A DNA stretch of 64,000 nucleotides from Raja brachyura (taxonomy: Eukaryota), in assembly GCA_963514005.1 (NCBI GenBank), contig OY740807.1, positions 21,018,001 to 21,082,000 on the forward strand. The letters are read 5' to 3'. The translations under genes were made by a program, and so were the position numbers. This document shows positions 35,315 through 48,844 of the stretch, one piece after another. The notes under the pieces are model-generated. The model was not told the origin of the DNA. It ran no database searches and worked only from the letters and a program-made list of their open reading frames with translations. Numbering within the stretch: position 1 is the stretch's first letter; each line of letters opens with the position of its first letter.

Positions 35315-36469
35315 GCCCCTGGATTTTGGAATGTTCAAAATCTTTGGACGACATCCGGGCGTCTCCTCATGTCATGCGTCGTGTCACACGCTGACATATG
35401 CTGTCCTGCGGGTGACGCCCGGTTAGTGTTAAGGGTTTGGGCTTATAGGCTAGGGTTTCCTCCCGCACTCCAAAGGCGCACAGGTTTGTAGGTTGATAGG
35501 CTTGGTATAAGTATAAATTGTTCCTAGCGTGTGTGGTATAGTGTGCGTGGAATCGCTGGTCGGTGTGGACTCGATGGGCCGAAGGGCACTGTATCTCTGT
35601 GGCACAGGAGACCCAGAGGTTGGTCTCGAACCCACAATGTTCTGCCTGCTCCTCATGGGAACTAATCTGTTGGCCACGAGTTGTCCCAGAGGTAGATCTC
35701 TCTTCCAATGGTCCCTCCAAACCCCCAGAGGCAGCGGGCTTTTAAACTGGGTACAGGCAAAGTTGTCAATGTACCAGTGCCACCCACCTGCTCCGGTCAC
35801 TGAGTCTAAATACCCACCACCCATTTTGAAGCAAGGCGAGGGGGCGGAGGGGGATGTTGTTCCCAAAGTCTGCATTTATCCCATAGTCAATGTTACTAAA
35901 ACAGATGATGTGGCCTTTGTGCAGTACTATTAGTGGGATCTAGCTGTTACAGGCTGGGTCCACAAATGGGGGGCGTCGGGGAAAGTGGGGGGGGGGGGGG
36001 GGGCTGGAGAATGGGCGAAGGGAGAAGGGGATGGGAGGGGAAGAGTGGAGCGGGGGGGAAGTGAAGAAGAGGGGTAGGGGGAGTGGAGAAGGAGGGATGG
36101 GAGCGGGAGGAGGGAAAAGTGGGATGGAGGGAAGAGTGGAGTTCAGTCTACACTCACTGAATCCATCGCTGTGAAAAGGTAGAGACGGTGATTGGATTTG
36201 GAAGCGGACCAATACATCTGTAAATAAAACTCAGACTTCTTTTCATTTGCACAATTCATTTTATTGTATTAACTTTGATATATTAATGTTTAAAATCCAT
36301 GAATTGAAGGAAGAATATTTTACAGCTCATCGGTTGCCCCTAACCCTAACCGGGCATCACCCGCAGGACAGCATACGTCAGCGTGTACGTCGTACAACTT
36401 CACGGTTTTACGGGCGTCAGTCATTGACTCTCGCAGTCACGTAAAAAATCGCAAAGTGGGGCAGGCCCT
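35315..36469. mobile_element. Composite Harbinger-like non-autonomous element with internal inverted repeats
   Basis: Right TIR aagtggggcaggccct|tta resembles the 21237 MITE end. Inverted arms at 35386-35435 and 36338-36386; left TIR not seen. Confidence 0.55.
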
Positions 36470-36479
36470 TTACTTCAAA

Positions 36480-37130
36480 AAAACAAATCAAATTTATGAG
36501 ACGCAACCTTCTATACACAAAAATCATGTTCCTTAATCAATCTGTCTTCCCAAATGAATGTATGTCTCATCTGTCAGAAACCTTTCCAGCAACTTTCCTA
36601 ATCTCATCCCTCAAAATCCTCTCCAGTAATTTTTCTACCACAGATGTTAGACTTGTCAGTAATTCCCAATTTTTCTTTTTACGGTTCTTCTAAAATAGAG
36701 GCGCAACATTAGACATCCTCCAGTTTTCCATCACCTCACCTGTGCCGAATGACGATTCATATATCTGAGCCAGGACTCTTGCAATTTCTTATCTAGCTTC
36801 CCACAGCATCCTTGGATATACCAATCTGGCTTGGGAGATTGATCTACCGTCATACCCCTTAGGACATCCAGTGCCTCCTTAACTGTAATGCGAATTGTCC
36901 TCAAAACATCTCCATTAACTTTCCCAAGTTATCTAGTCTTCATGTCTTTCCCTGCAGTAAAAATAGAGGAGAAATATTAATTGAGGACCATGTCTATCTC
37001 ATCATACGTGACCACTTTGGTTTTCAAGGGAGCCTACTCTCTCTGGTTATCCTTTTCCCCTTAATATACATATAAGGGTTCTTCAAAATCACCTTAATCT
37101 CATCTGCCAGAGCTATCTCATGCCATCTGC
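36480..37130 (-). mobile_element. CR1 LINE ORF2 fragment
   Basis: Decayed RT-region motifs (VPLFKK..GNYRPVSLTSVVGKLLE-like) on the minus strand. Confidence 0.65.
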
Positions 37131-38149
37131 TGTGCCCAGATAGTCTGTTAGGAACCTGGGACGAATCCCAGAATGAATGGCCCACAGCTTGGTGGAGGGG
37201 GGACTTCAGTTGTGAGTTCAGGGCTACACGCTGGCCAAAATGCTGACATCATTCCAGCAATGGTGATTGTGCCATCAGCTACTGCAAGCCCTTACAGCTC
37301 TCCCTTTAAACTCCTCAATTAAGATAATCTGCTCTGACCAAACCATTGGGAACTCTTCCCACCATCTCCCACTTTGGCTTGGCATTGATTTCTGTATTTT
37401 TATTTACAGAAATGCTCAACACAACGAAGGATTGCCCTGCTGGGTATTTCCAGCACTTTTTTTATTTCAGTTTTCCAGCATGTGCAGTTGTTTTATTGTT
37501 TAATTGCTGCACTATTATTCCCGTGTGACGTGCTGGGATGTTTTTCCACAGCCAGTGTGTGATAGAAACACAAGCTGTTGTTCCTTAACAATTTTGATTT
37601 TGTTCTATATTTACATTGCTTATATAGATTAATTATGCTTTGATAGAATGATCACTAAATTGCTACACAGTTAGGTGTCACAATACTAGATATTGTGTGG
37701 GTTAGCTCGCGCTTACGTTGGCATGTTGTGAGATGTTACAATAATGATGTTTCAAGGATTGAGGAAAGGTCTGGTAATGCTGGGGAATTGTAAGTTAACT
37801 GTGAGCCGATTCAAATAATAATCGCTTCCTGAACCGAGGTATCAGCAAATGTTCATAATTCAAGTTTAGGGAAATTATTTTAAATATGTGGGAGCATATT
37901 TAGGCAAGCGGTTGGTTTAATTTCTTTGTATCCATCATCAAACCCATTGGTTAGAAATTAGAATAGTGATGGACATGCATGTGTAATTCCTACCTCCAGG
38001 TGGCACTGCTTTCCAGGTTATTCCTGCTGCTGTGATTCATCCATTAAGATAATTCATTGAGGCTGCTGATCATTGGGGCTACCTGCAGAGTGGCACCTCA
38101 AGGTGTCTTTCAAACCCTCCCCTTCCCCCTCCCCCTCCCCAAGTGGATG

Positions 38150-38655
38150 TGGAGCATTCTGGATGGTATTGTAGACCTGAAAGCGCAACATTGCACAGCA
38201 ATCCCATGTTAACAACAGACTAAGCTCAGACCAAGCCATTCACCCACCTACCCAGTCAGACCACAACTGTCACATCTGTGGAAGAGACCCCAACTGCCCC
38301 ATCTGTGGAAGAGTCCACTGTTCCCACACTATGCTCTTCAATCCTCTGGACTGCCGAAGAAGATGGAGGAAGGTCTTGGAAGATGCTGGTAGAGCTGCTG
38401 TCTCACAGCACCAGAGACCTGGCCTCGGATGCTGTCTGTGCGGCAGTTTGCACGTTTTCCCTGTGACTACATGGGATTCCTCGGGATGCTCGGGTTTCTC
38501 TCACATACCAAATACATTCAGGTTGTAGGTTAGTTAGCCTCTGTGTATAAGGAGTTGATGCCAAAGTGGAATAATATAGAATTGGTATGAATGGGTGCTC
38601 AATAGTCGGCGTTGAGTCAGTGGGATAAAGAGCCTTTTCCCAAGTTGCCTCTTTC
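38150..38655 (+). mobile_element. RTE 3' tail remnant (about 38150-38370) followed by an HE1-type SINE (about 38385-38655)
   Basis: tgtcacatctgtggaaga (CHICGR) plus a gaagaaga tail, then the SINE head ggtagagctgctgtctcacagcaccagagacc. Confidence 0.6.
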
Positions 38656-40189
38656 AATTTATCAAATATTTGGCGAGATTGTAATATACAGAAGTCTGGA
38701 CATGCTGTTGAATTTTCACCTCCAGATGGCAGTATATCCTCAGGTTATTCTGCTTCTGCAAACTGTGGGAATAATCTGCTTGAATTGCTGGAGGAACTCT
38801 GTGGGTCACGCAACATCTGCAGAGGGAATGGACAGATGATGTTTTGGGGGCAGATCCTTCAGATTGTTCCTGCTTGTTGAATTAATCGAGGGAGGGAAAT
38901 TTGAAGGCCCGGCTCTTCTGACGATCGGTGGGCCATTAATGGCTGCTGATTGCACTCTATTGCTCTCAGACAGATTGTTCTGAGGGGAGGCAGGTCCTCA
39001 TCTGGTTGAGAACCCACATGTAACATGACATTTCTGATCTGAAGAGACCGCGCTCACCCGTGAATGGACATATTTTTGTAAGGTGTCAAAGTTGGTATCC
39101 CTGATATTCATTAGTTCAATCCTGGAGTCTTACTGCAGGGCACTCCTCCCACTCTCCTTGTTGCGGGGAACCCTGTGCTACATGCCAGAGCCTGGATCAC
39201 AGATAGTAGAGGCCGTCTGTTAATGCAAGGGTTAGGAGATTCCACTGAGGCACATTGCACTGAAGCCTTGCTGGGTTGATGAGGAGCTGATTGATAGGGA
39301 GATTGACAACAGGTGCTCAAATCAGCTTGCCGCCTTCCAATAAGAAAAGCTTGTAAAGGTTACACTAATAACTACTGTCTAGCCTTTGGAAGAGATGCTG
39401 TAAAAGTTTCATAGTTCCTGGGCAAGAAGAACAAATGCTGATGGAAATTACTCTTTTTGATAGTAAATCAAAAAAACTATGCCCTGGAAATCTCAAACAG
39501 AAAATTCTCATAATAATCAGCAGCTCAGGCAGCAACCGTGGAGCGAGAAACAGTTAACACTTCAGATAAAAGACTGTGTATCTCTGAGCACAACTACTGC
39601 ACCAAGATATCCAAAGCATAGCCAGGTGAATAGACCATTGTCAGGCAGTGAGAGTATGTTTTTGAATGTGAGATATTATCAAAATACTGACTAAATGAAA
39701 ATTAGAGGTGATGGAGATTAGTATAGATTAGTCCTTGGCATGAACATGGTGGGCCAAAGGATCTGTTTTGGTACGGTATCACTCAGTGATGCTATGACGC
39801 CAAGAGTTGTTTTATCTCACAACCTCGTTGTTCAGCTATGAATGCCTGTCTGGTTTTAAGCATTAAGGTAGTCTTAGAACATTGAAGATTGTTCACTGTC
39901 TGTGATATGTGTGTCCTGTGGTCTCATAATTTTCCTTTAAATACCATGTCACTTATCTAGGACTCTCATTATCTGTTTCTATCAGCTGTCTACTTTTGGA
40001 ATGAACTGTGCATATAGGTTTCACAGGGCTTGTATAAATTGTATTGAACATTTCCCATCTCTGGGGAAGATGTTTAATAAAAACCATCAAATCTGGGTAA
40101 TTTTAAGTGTACTGGGAATGCAGTACTGTAGTTCAGATGATGAACAGAGCAGAGAATGGAATAGGAGAAGGAGTGGGAAAACTCATGAG

Positions 40190-41130
40190 CATTCTCCTTT
40201 GGATGCCTGCCATTTTGTAGATGTAGACCTGTCTGCCATGAAATTGCCATTACCTCAATTAAAGACCTTTATTAGTGGTCCATCCCTATTTCCCACAATG
40301 ATCTGAATATATGGTCAGTGTCTCCAAAGTGCTCTCCTACTGGCACTTCCCAGCTGCATTCCCCAAGATAAGGTCTATTATTATGTTTTCTCGTGTTGAT
40401 CTATCTACATACGGCTCTGCTGGGCACACTGCCAAAAGTTTCACCCCCTCTGTGCCTTTAACACTAATGGCATCCCAAATAATATTTGGAAAATTTAAAT
40501 CCCCCATTACGTTAACCCTACTTTTCTTCCATGTCTCAGATATCCCATCACATATCTTTTCCTTTATCTCTTGTTGATTCTTAGTCGGTCTGTAATACAT
40601 TCCCAGCAATGCGCCAACACTGTTTTGTTTTTTAATCGCTACAGTGTGACCTCGTTTGAGATCCTGCTTTTTATACAGTTACATAGCTCCTTAAACTCGT
40701 GTTGCAAGATCTCATCCCTTCTCCGACATGTCACTGGTACCAATATGTAGCATGACCTTTGGCCGCTCACCCTCTCATTTCATAATGTCCTGCAGCTGCT
40801 CCAAGGTACCCTTGACCCGAGCACCATGGAGGTAACATACCAACCCGCGTGTCTCTTGTGGCCAGAGAAATGTCTATCTGCCCCAACCTCCCTTTACGAT
40901 AGAATCACCTACCGCTACTGTTCTCCTAGTCCTGTTTTTTTTCTCCTTCCCACCCTTTTGTAGAGCATTGTGCCCATTGTGGTGCCATGAAATGGGCTGT
41001 TGTTATTGTTTGCCTTGGATTCCCATGCTCCCTGTGTCCAACACGGTATACTTGTGAAAGGCAATTACTACAGGAGACTCCTGCACTGCCTGACTGCCTT
41101 TCCTTGTGTTCACCCATCCCCTCGGTTTAA
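40190..41130 (-). mobile_element. Old CR1 LINE fragment (ORF1 esterase region and ORF2 endonuclease)
   Basis: LGMYYRPT..VNVMGDLNFPNIIW..TRENIIIDLILGN is an APE endonuclease segment; EGERPKVMLHIGTSDM is a CR1 ORF1 SGNH-like motif. Confidence 0.75.
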
Positions 41131-42944
41131 CATACCTGTGGAACTGTTATCTTTTATAATCTTGCAGCAAATTGTGCAAGCCATAACAATGGGGGATTTG
41201 GTGCCAGAAAGACATGGTTGGCTTCAGCTCTGCTCAGTTGCTTGTAACTGGTGCTTTCTGTTGATCAGTTCTCAAAGGGTAATGAGTGTTATCTAAACAA
41301 TACTGTGCACCATGATGGCAGGCAGACCCATGCACCCTGGCACTGGAGCTTTTGTCAGTTATCACCATGGCAAGAAGTATACGTTCACTTTATAAGAATC
41401 TTGAAGTGAAATGTTCTGCAGCTAAACTCGGTGATCTGATGTGTAGGGATATTGCTGATTATGTAAATAGATTATTTAAAATAATGGTGCATTACCTTTC
41501 ACACAATATTAGCTGGGATTCCATTCATTTTGGGGTCCCTGATTAGACATCCATAGCATGTACTTCCACTATTAATCGCCTACTTCATTCTTGCATCTTG
41601 ATTCAGTTATTTCGCTCTCCTCTAAGACTGACGACACTGCAATTCATCCTTAGTTACTGTGCATAACTTCATAGAAAATCCAGTAGATTTGAAAGATAAT
41701 TAGAGATGCAACATCAAAACAGGTTCTTTTGCCCACCGACCATCAACTGGCCATCAACTACCCAGCTGCACTAACCTAATTCAACTGTAATCCAACCTGC
41801 ACATCATTGGGATTTGGAGGGGAACCAAGGAAAACCCCTCCCTGTCACAGGGAGAACGTGTAAACGCCTTACAGCCAGCTCAAAATTAAAGACAATATTA
41901 GATGTGATTTATATATAATTTGATGTTTCTTCAACAAGTATGAATATTTTCTGGTATAAATTATGTTGGTGATGTAGGTAACTTGTGACACCTGCTGAGA
42001 GGATGTACCCTTGTTGTTCTGTGCAGGAGGTACAGAAGCCTGAAATCCCGCACCATGTTCAGGAACAGCTATTTTTCTACAACAATCTGGTTCTTGAACC
42101 AATGTGCACAATCATAATCTTACCTCTTGCACTCCCAGGGACTTGTTTTTCTAATTGTATACTTATGCACTAATGCCTTGTTTATTTTTGTTGTCTGCTC
42201 ATATGTGCCTATGATGCTGCTGCATCATTTCCATTATACCCCTACCTCACTGTAAGTATTTTAAAGAAAATATAGTTGGATTTAGATGGCAGCTTTTCTG
42301 ACATTAATATCTTTACTTTAACTAGTTACATATTTTTAAAGATGAATTATAGGGAAATATTCCGCACAAAACACCATGAGATAATTAATCACGTGACCTA
42401 TTATGAATTTTGATTGAGGGTTAAATATTGTGGATATTGGTAATGACTTCAGTACATTTATTTGAAATAGTTCACAAATTATTTTGCAACTGACAAGAGG
42501 TCGAAAGAGCTTGACTACTCGTCTGCTGCTTCAGCATCTATCAATACTTTGCTGGAATGCAGCTCCAGTCTTCGGAGTGCTGTAGAATGGGAATGCTAGT
42601 ACTGAGCCATAACTGGCATCTCTGCTTTGCGTTGCTGGATCAAAGAACTTCTCCTGCCTCTGCCTCAGATCCAGGCCAATGTTTGTTTTGCACACAGGAC
42701 AGTAATGTTTCATACAATGGGGCCTGATTCTCTGCTGAAAATGTAAGTGTAGAGGTATGGTTTTGTTACTGTAAAAGCTTCAATGAAATTCAACAAATTG
42801 TAAAGACGATGAAAGAATGTAGTAAGTTGCCATCTCTCATTGTCACTGTTCTGAAATATTCGCAATTGTAAACCAAGGAATTGAATCTGAAGCTTGTGTA
42901 TTAAATCAAATTTAAAATTCTATCCTTCTGATATCTTTTCACAG

Positions 42945-43135
42945 GTGGTTGCAAATGCTGTGGCTGCTCTATCTGAGATCAGTGAATCCCATCCAAACAG
43001 TAACCTGCTTGACCTCAATCCTCAGAACATTAATAAACTCATTACTGCTCTGAATGAGTGCACTGAATGGGGTCAGATCTTCATACTTGACTGTCTGTCA
43101 AACTACAATCCCAGAGATGAACGTGAGGCACAGAG
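42945..43135 (+). CDS. AP2B1: AP2B1 coding exon 5
   Basis: VVANAVAALSEISESHPNSNLLDLNPQNINKLITALNECTEWGQIFILDCLSNYNPRDEREAQ; 191 nt. Confidence 0.97.
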
Positions 43136-43269
43136 GTAAGCTCCTATGTAATGCTTGTGTCTTGAGCTCTGTGACAAGGTGGTGGTCAAGAAATGAGATG
43201 ATGGTTATTCAGATGGGTGGTAATAAGGGGGTCCAACAGTTTGTGTAGTTATATATACAGTGCCAATAA

Positions 43270-44420
43270 CATAGGAGATCCATCTCATGACAATAGTCGA
43301 ACCAATATTCAATGAATTTGATGTTGCACAGATAAAGGGGGTGTTAGGGAAAGTGCCAGTGAACTTGGCTCGAGTGGTAGGATTCAAGGAGTGTCTTAAA
43401 GGAGGAAAACAACTTAGAAATATTTAGTGCTGGACTTCGAAGGACATTGGCAATAAAAGTGCAGATGTCAACGGTGGATAAATTGAATTTGGGAATGAGC
43501 AGGCGACCAGAAATGGAGGAGTGTTTCTGAGTGCTGTGGGAAAATGTTATACTGGGAAGGACGAAACGATGAAGGAACAGATGTAGAGATAATATTTCAG
43601 CGCCTGCTTAAACAGATCGTCAAGCAGAGGGATGATAGGAGAATACGTCTTGGTGTAAAGCAGAAGCACCTGATGGTCGCATGATCCCGTGATTATGGAA
43701 TATGGAAAGGAGGAATCTCACACAACTGTTGGATAATCAAGTGTGGAGGTAATGACGGCATGAATTAGGGGTTCGGCAGTGGAGACAATGAAGAAGGGAG
43801 ATGGGGGCAGCGTTCAGTGGAGTAGGCTAAAGTGGATCTGTGGTCCAAAACCCCTCTTGGTGTCACATATTATATCCAGAACACAAACATTTACTTGGGA
43901 GAGGATTGAAAACAGCAGTTAGGGAACTGTAAGTGATGGGAATTAAAGGCCACAGATTCAAATTTCCTGACGTGTTTAGTTGAAAGAAATGTTTGCTCAC
44001 TCAGAACAAGATGTTGAACAGTCTGACAATTTTGAAAGATCTGAGATTCAAGACAGGAAGAGGTGGTAAGGCTGAGCGAGGTGCTATCTGTGGATATGTA
44101 GAAATTGACACTGTTTTCACCTGTGACATACTTGGAAAAATAAGAGAGAAAATATAAATCTTTGGGGAGATGGGTGTAACAGTGCAGGAGTTGGAAGTAC
44201 AGCTATGGCAATTGATTTTCAGGCATGGAATAAATGACTAAAAGTGAAAATCAGAGGATGATGACGTTGTCAGCTGCGTCAGGGACTACAAAAAATTAGA
44301 GGGCTCAAGGAGCGATAGTTAATCTTTTTGTACAGTGTTATTAGTGACTGATTCAAAGTATTTCAGCAATGTGGCAGTCGTGGAGTCCTGGTTGGAGGTT
44401 CTACTTGTAAGGCTATAAAT
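43270..44420 (-). mobile_element. Old L2-clade LINE fragment
   Basis: Purine-rich plus strand with the L2-type end (caaggagtgtcttaaaggagg) and RT remnant gttgtcagctgcgt (YADD-like on the minus strand). Confidence 0.5.
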
Positions 44421-44526
44421 TCAAATTCTAAAAATAATGACCTGCAATCTGTTCTGATTTTTGAGCTGCATATTCGCTTTCTTTACCACAAGGCAACACA
44501 TGTTTTAGTAATAAGGTAAATGATAA

Positions 44527-44691
44527 AGGTAGATACAAAATGCTGGAGTAACTCAGCAGTTGAAGCAGCATCTATGGAATTGACGATGTTTCGGGTCGAG
44601 ACCTTTCTTCTCACCCGAAACGTCGCCAATTCCTTCTCTCCATAGATGCTGCCTTACCGGCTGATTTACTCCAGCATTTTGTGTCTACCCC
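44527..44691. mobile_element. Fold-back Penelope-like terminal-repeat pair with TSD
   Basis: Inverted arms; flanking direct repeat aggtaaatga at 44514-44523 and 44692-44701. Confidence 0.8.
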
Positions 44692-44874
44692 AGGTAAATG
44701 ACAAGGTCCGTTATAGGGCCAGGAAAGGATTGGCATTGAAATACATGAACAGTGCATACTATCTTTACCACAGTTACACATTGCCATATTATGTTCCTGA
44801 AACCCTCATTTCTCCATCATTACTTAGAATTTCTTATGTTTTGACAATTAATGTATAGTGATGGCTGCACCTTG

Positions 44875-46080
44875 GTAAAGTTTATTTGGTATTGGTTTAT
44901 TTTTGTCACATGTACCGCGGTATTGTAAGAAACTTTGTGTGCATGCTATCTTGTCATATTAGACTATTAAGTGAGTACAGTCAACCCACCCACAAGTACA
45001 ACAGCCAGTGCAAAGGGAAAAATAACCAGATTGCAGAATAGTGCTAAGCTACAGAGAAAATGCAGGTTAAAAAAGAGCAAGGGCCGCAGTGAGGCAGGTT
45101 GAGATATTGGGACCACACCCTTAGCTTATTAGAGCTCTGATCATTCATCTGAATAGCAGGTAGAAGCTTTTCCTGAATCTGGTGGTATAGGCTTTCAAGC
45201 TTTTGTTTCTTCATCCCGATGGGAGAGGGGAAAAGAAGGAATGACGGGCGTGTGAATGACCTTGATTGTTTTGGCTACTTTCCCTTTCCTCTTTGCCACA
45301 AGGCAACACATGCGTTTGTAGGTGTATGGAGAGTAGGTGGAGTCGAAGTTGGGGAGGCTGGTTTGTGGGCTGTATCCATAACTCTGCAAGTTCCTGCAGT
45401 TTTGGGTAAAAGATTAATCAAACCATGATGGAACGCATCCCGATAGGATGCTTTCTACCATGTATCTATGGAGATTTGTTGGAGATATGCTGACTCTTCT
45501 TCATCTGTTGAGGAAGTAGTGATATTGTTGTGATTTCGTAGCTGTAACATCAATGTGGTTGGGCCGGAACAAATTTGTAATATTTACACACAGGAACCAG
45601 AGGCTCTTGACCATCCTCATTATGGCACATTGATGCTGACTGGGATTGTATACCACGCCATTTCCTGAAGTCAGTGACCAGTCGCACCCTGGCCACTCCC
45701 TCTTCTCCCCTCTCCCATCAGGCCAAAGGTATAGAAGTGTGAAAATGCACACCTCCAGATTCAGGGACTGTTTCTTCCCAGCTGTTATCAGGCAACTGAC
45801 CCATCCTATCACAATTAGAGAGCAGCACTAACAGACTTTTCTGTCTTCATCTTGCACTAAACGCTATTCCCTTATGTATCTCGTACACTGTGAATGGCTC
45901 GATAGTAATAATGTGTTGTCTTTCTGCTGGCTGGTTAGCACGCAACAAAAGCTTTTCACTGTACCTCGCTACACGTGACGATAAACTGAACTGAACTGAG
46001 CTCCTTTCATCTTGCCAACATTGAAGCTGTTGTCATTGAGGCTGTTGTCTTGACACCTTCCTATAAGTGTTCTCCATACA
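44875..46080. mobile_element. Rex1/Babar-like LINE 3' fragment (minus) with a second, younger Rex1 3' end (plus, about 45672-45998) nested inside
   Basis: DQSHPGHSLFSPLPSGQRYRSVKMHTSRFRDCFFPAVIRQL is the Rex1-type C-terminus; (actga)n tail. Confidence 0.75.
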
Positions 46081-46501
46081 TTGGCACTGACTTTTCAATT
46101 ATTGAAATAAGCAATATTTAATTGAAAAACATTTAATAATGTTTATCTGTCTAACAATTACAATATGGCTTTAGCTTTTCAAATTAGTCATTCATTTTGC
46201 TTATTAGTATGATTTAATTGTACACAAATCTACAAGCGTTTGTTTCAATTACTAAAGTTCCATTGAGGACACAAGGGAATTGTGATAGAAATTAATCTCT
46301 CGTTGCATGTAGCCAATGTACTATCAGACTCAGAATTAATTCAGATTGAACCAATCCTGGTTGAATATGGTCAAGAGTATTTTAGCCAAAGTTGCTTTTT
46401 TTTTCCTTGCTCCGAATTAGCTCTCTTCCCAGTCTGAATGGCAGACAATATGAAAAATATACGGGAAAGTTAACAAAGGTTTTCTTTTTTTTCTTTGCTA
46501 G

Positions 46502-46723
46502 TATCTGTGAGCGGGTGACACCACGACTTTCCCACGCTAACTCTGCAGTTGTCCTCTCGGCTGTGAAAGTGCTGATGAAGTTTATTGAGCTGCTTCCCAA
46601 GGATTCCGAATATTATAATACAATTCTGAAGAAGCTGGCTCCACCCCTTGTCACCTTGTTATCAGGGGAACCTGAGGTGCAGTATGTAGCTTTGAGGAAC
46701 ATCAACCTTATTGTACAGAAGAG
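46502..46723 (+). CDS. AP2B1: AP2B1 coding exon 6
   Basis: [27 protein letters not shown]...[29 protein letters not shown]; 222 nt. Confidence 0.97.
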
Positions 46724-46871
46724 GTGAGTCTGGGCGGGCTCGTGTTTTTCCTCAGTCATGTCAGTTTGTGTTTCTAACATCTTAGGTGTCATCTGGGACT
46801 GTATTTTTAAGTTTAGGCTTCAGGATTCCATGAACCACCGTTCCGCACAACTGAATCTCTCCTCTCTGATG

Positions 46872-47570
46872 TCATAAGGTCATATATGGTAGGAGTAGAA
46901 ATAGGCCATTCGGCCCATCAAGTCTACTCCGCCATTTGATCATGGCTGGACTATCTTTCCCTCCTAACTGCATTATCCTGCCTTCTCCCCATAATCTCTG
47001 ACACCTGTAATAATCAAAAATCTATATCTCTCTGCCTTAAACATAGCCACTGATTTGGCCTCTACAGCCTTCTGTGGCAAAGAATTCCACAGATTAACCA
47101 CCCTCTGACTAAAGAAATTTCTCCCCATCTTCCTATAAGAACGTCCTTTAATTCTCAGGCTATGACCTCTAATCCTAGACTCTCCCATTTGTGGAAACAT
47201 CCTCTCCACATCCACTCTATCCATGACTTTCCCTATTCTGCGTGTTTCAATGAGGTCCCCCCCTCATTCTTCTAAACTCCAGCGAGTACAGGCCCAGTGC
47301 CGACAAATGCTAATCACAGGTTAACTTGCTCATTCCTAGGATCATTCTTGTAAACCTCCCCTGGACCCTCTCCAGAGCCAGCACATCCTTCCTCAGATAT
47401 GGTGGACAAAATTGCTCTCTGTATTCCAAATGCGGCCTTATAGAGCCTCAACATTACATCCCTGTTTTTGTATACAAGCCCTCTTGAAATAAATGCGAGC
47501 ATTGAGTTTGCTTTCTTTACTACCAATTAATCTTGCAGATTAACTTTTTGGGAAAACTGCACCAACCCCG
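46872..47570 (-). mobile_element. CR1 LINE 3' portion
   Basis: VVKKANSMLAFISRGLVYKNRDVMLRLYK and RGHSLRIKGR..FFSQRVVNLWNSLP. Confidence 0.88.
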
Positions 47571-48844
47571 CCGATTTTTGGATTACTGGATTCTCTCCCT
47601 ATGTCAGTGGAATACCATATCTAAATCTCTTGTCTTGAGTTCTGCAGCACAATTGATCTCCTTGCTCTTTAAAACATTGCCGAACTGTGACAACCTGCGG
47701 CCATTGAGCAAACAGAAATATTGGCTCTCTAGCTCCTCGGTGCCCCAACCTATAGATTGCCACCCTGTTGTGCTGTTTTACGCTGCAGGCCATCTCTGTA
47801 CATCGTTAAAGATTAAGAAAAACTATCTAAGCTGTCTTGTGTACTGTTCAGCTATTTAACGATACATCTCTTCTTCCTCAAAAGTGTTATCAAATTTTTA
47901 ATTCAAACGTAAAAACAACTACTGAATATATTACAAGTGATGGACATAAACATTAATCCCATCCCAAAGTCTTTGTTTTACCAAGAATCCCACTGTCATA
48001 CCATGGTGAGATGTTATCACTCTGCAAAACACATTTTTTTGATCAGGGTGGTGGTAATTAATAGATTGAATCACAACAAAATTGCATTATAATCATATTG
48101 CTTTGTTATAGCTGCAACCAATTTTGGGAATAAATGCTGGTTACTTGCAGCTTGCTTACGATCTGAGACAGAAACATCCCTACACAATTCCTGAAATGAG
48201 AATTAAATATTTAATTAAACCTATTCTGTATTCACATCACGAAACACGTGTTCTCTCAAAAGAAAACAAGTCTGCTTTAACAGAATTGTACTGTGCCTTA
48301 ATGTTTAAAACTCCAGCTCTTATAAAGCAATACATTATTGTGAACCCTGCTCAGGTACATCAGTAGATGGAGTTGGCAAACTTTTTTTCAGATGTAAAAC
48401 AACTGTTAAATCAGTCTGACTCCATTACAAGTTAATTTGGCAATTTTATTGGTTGGGACGCTTGGTTAATGGTGATGGTTCAAAATTGTTTTTGGTAATG
48501 GACACTGAAGCCCCCTTCCCAAAATGTATGGTGTGAATACAGTATCGGTCTTGTATATTTAAAACCTATCAACGATTCATGACAAATGATCTTTACAACA
48601 AATTCCCTGCTGGAAACCAGCGATGCTGTAACTGATTATTTATTATTTTCTCTTCGCTCTCCTCGTTTTAGTGGTTGCATTGTTATCGACAGTGCTTCTT
48701 CCAAGCAGTACTCAGCAAGGAAGAGCGTTAATCCATCAACTGAGATGGATGAAAATCTGTAGATTTTCTTGCCCATATTTAACTGATACCAAGAATTTAC
48801 CATATAAGGCCTTCAGTTTTCTTTCACATCAATGACATCAATGA

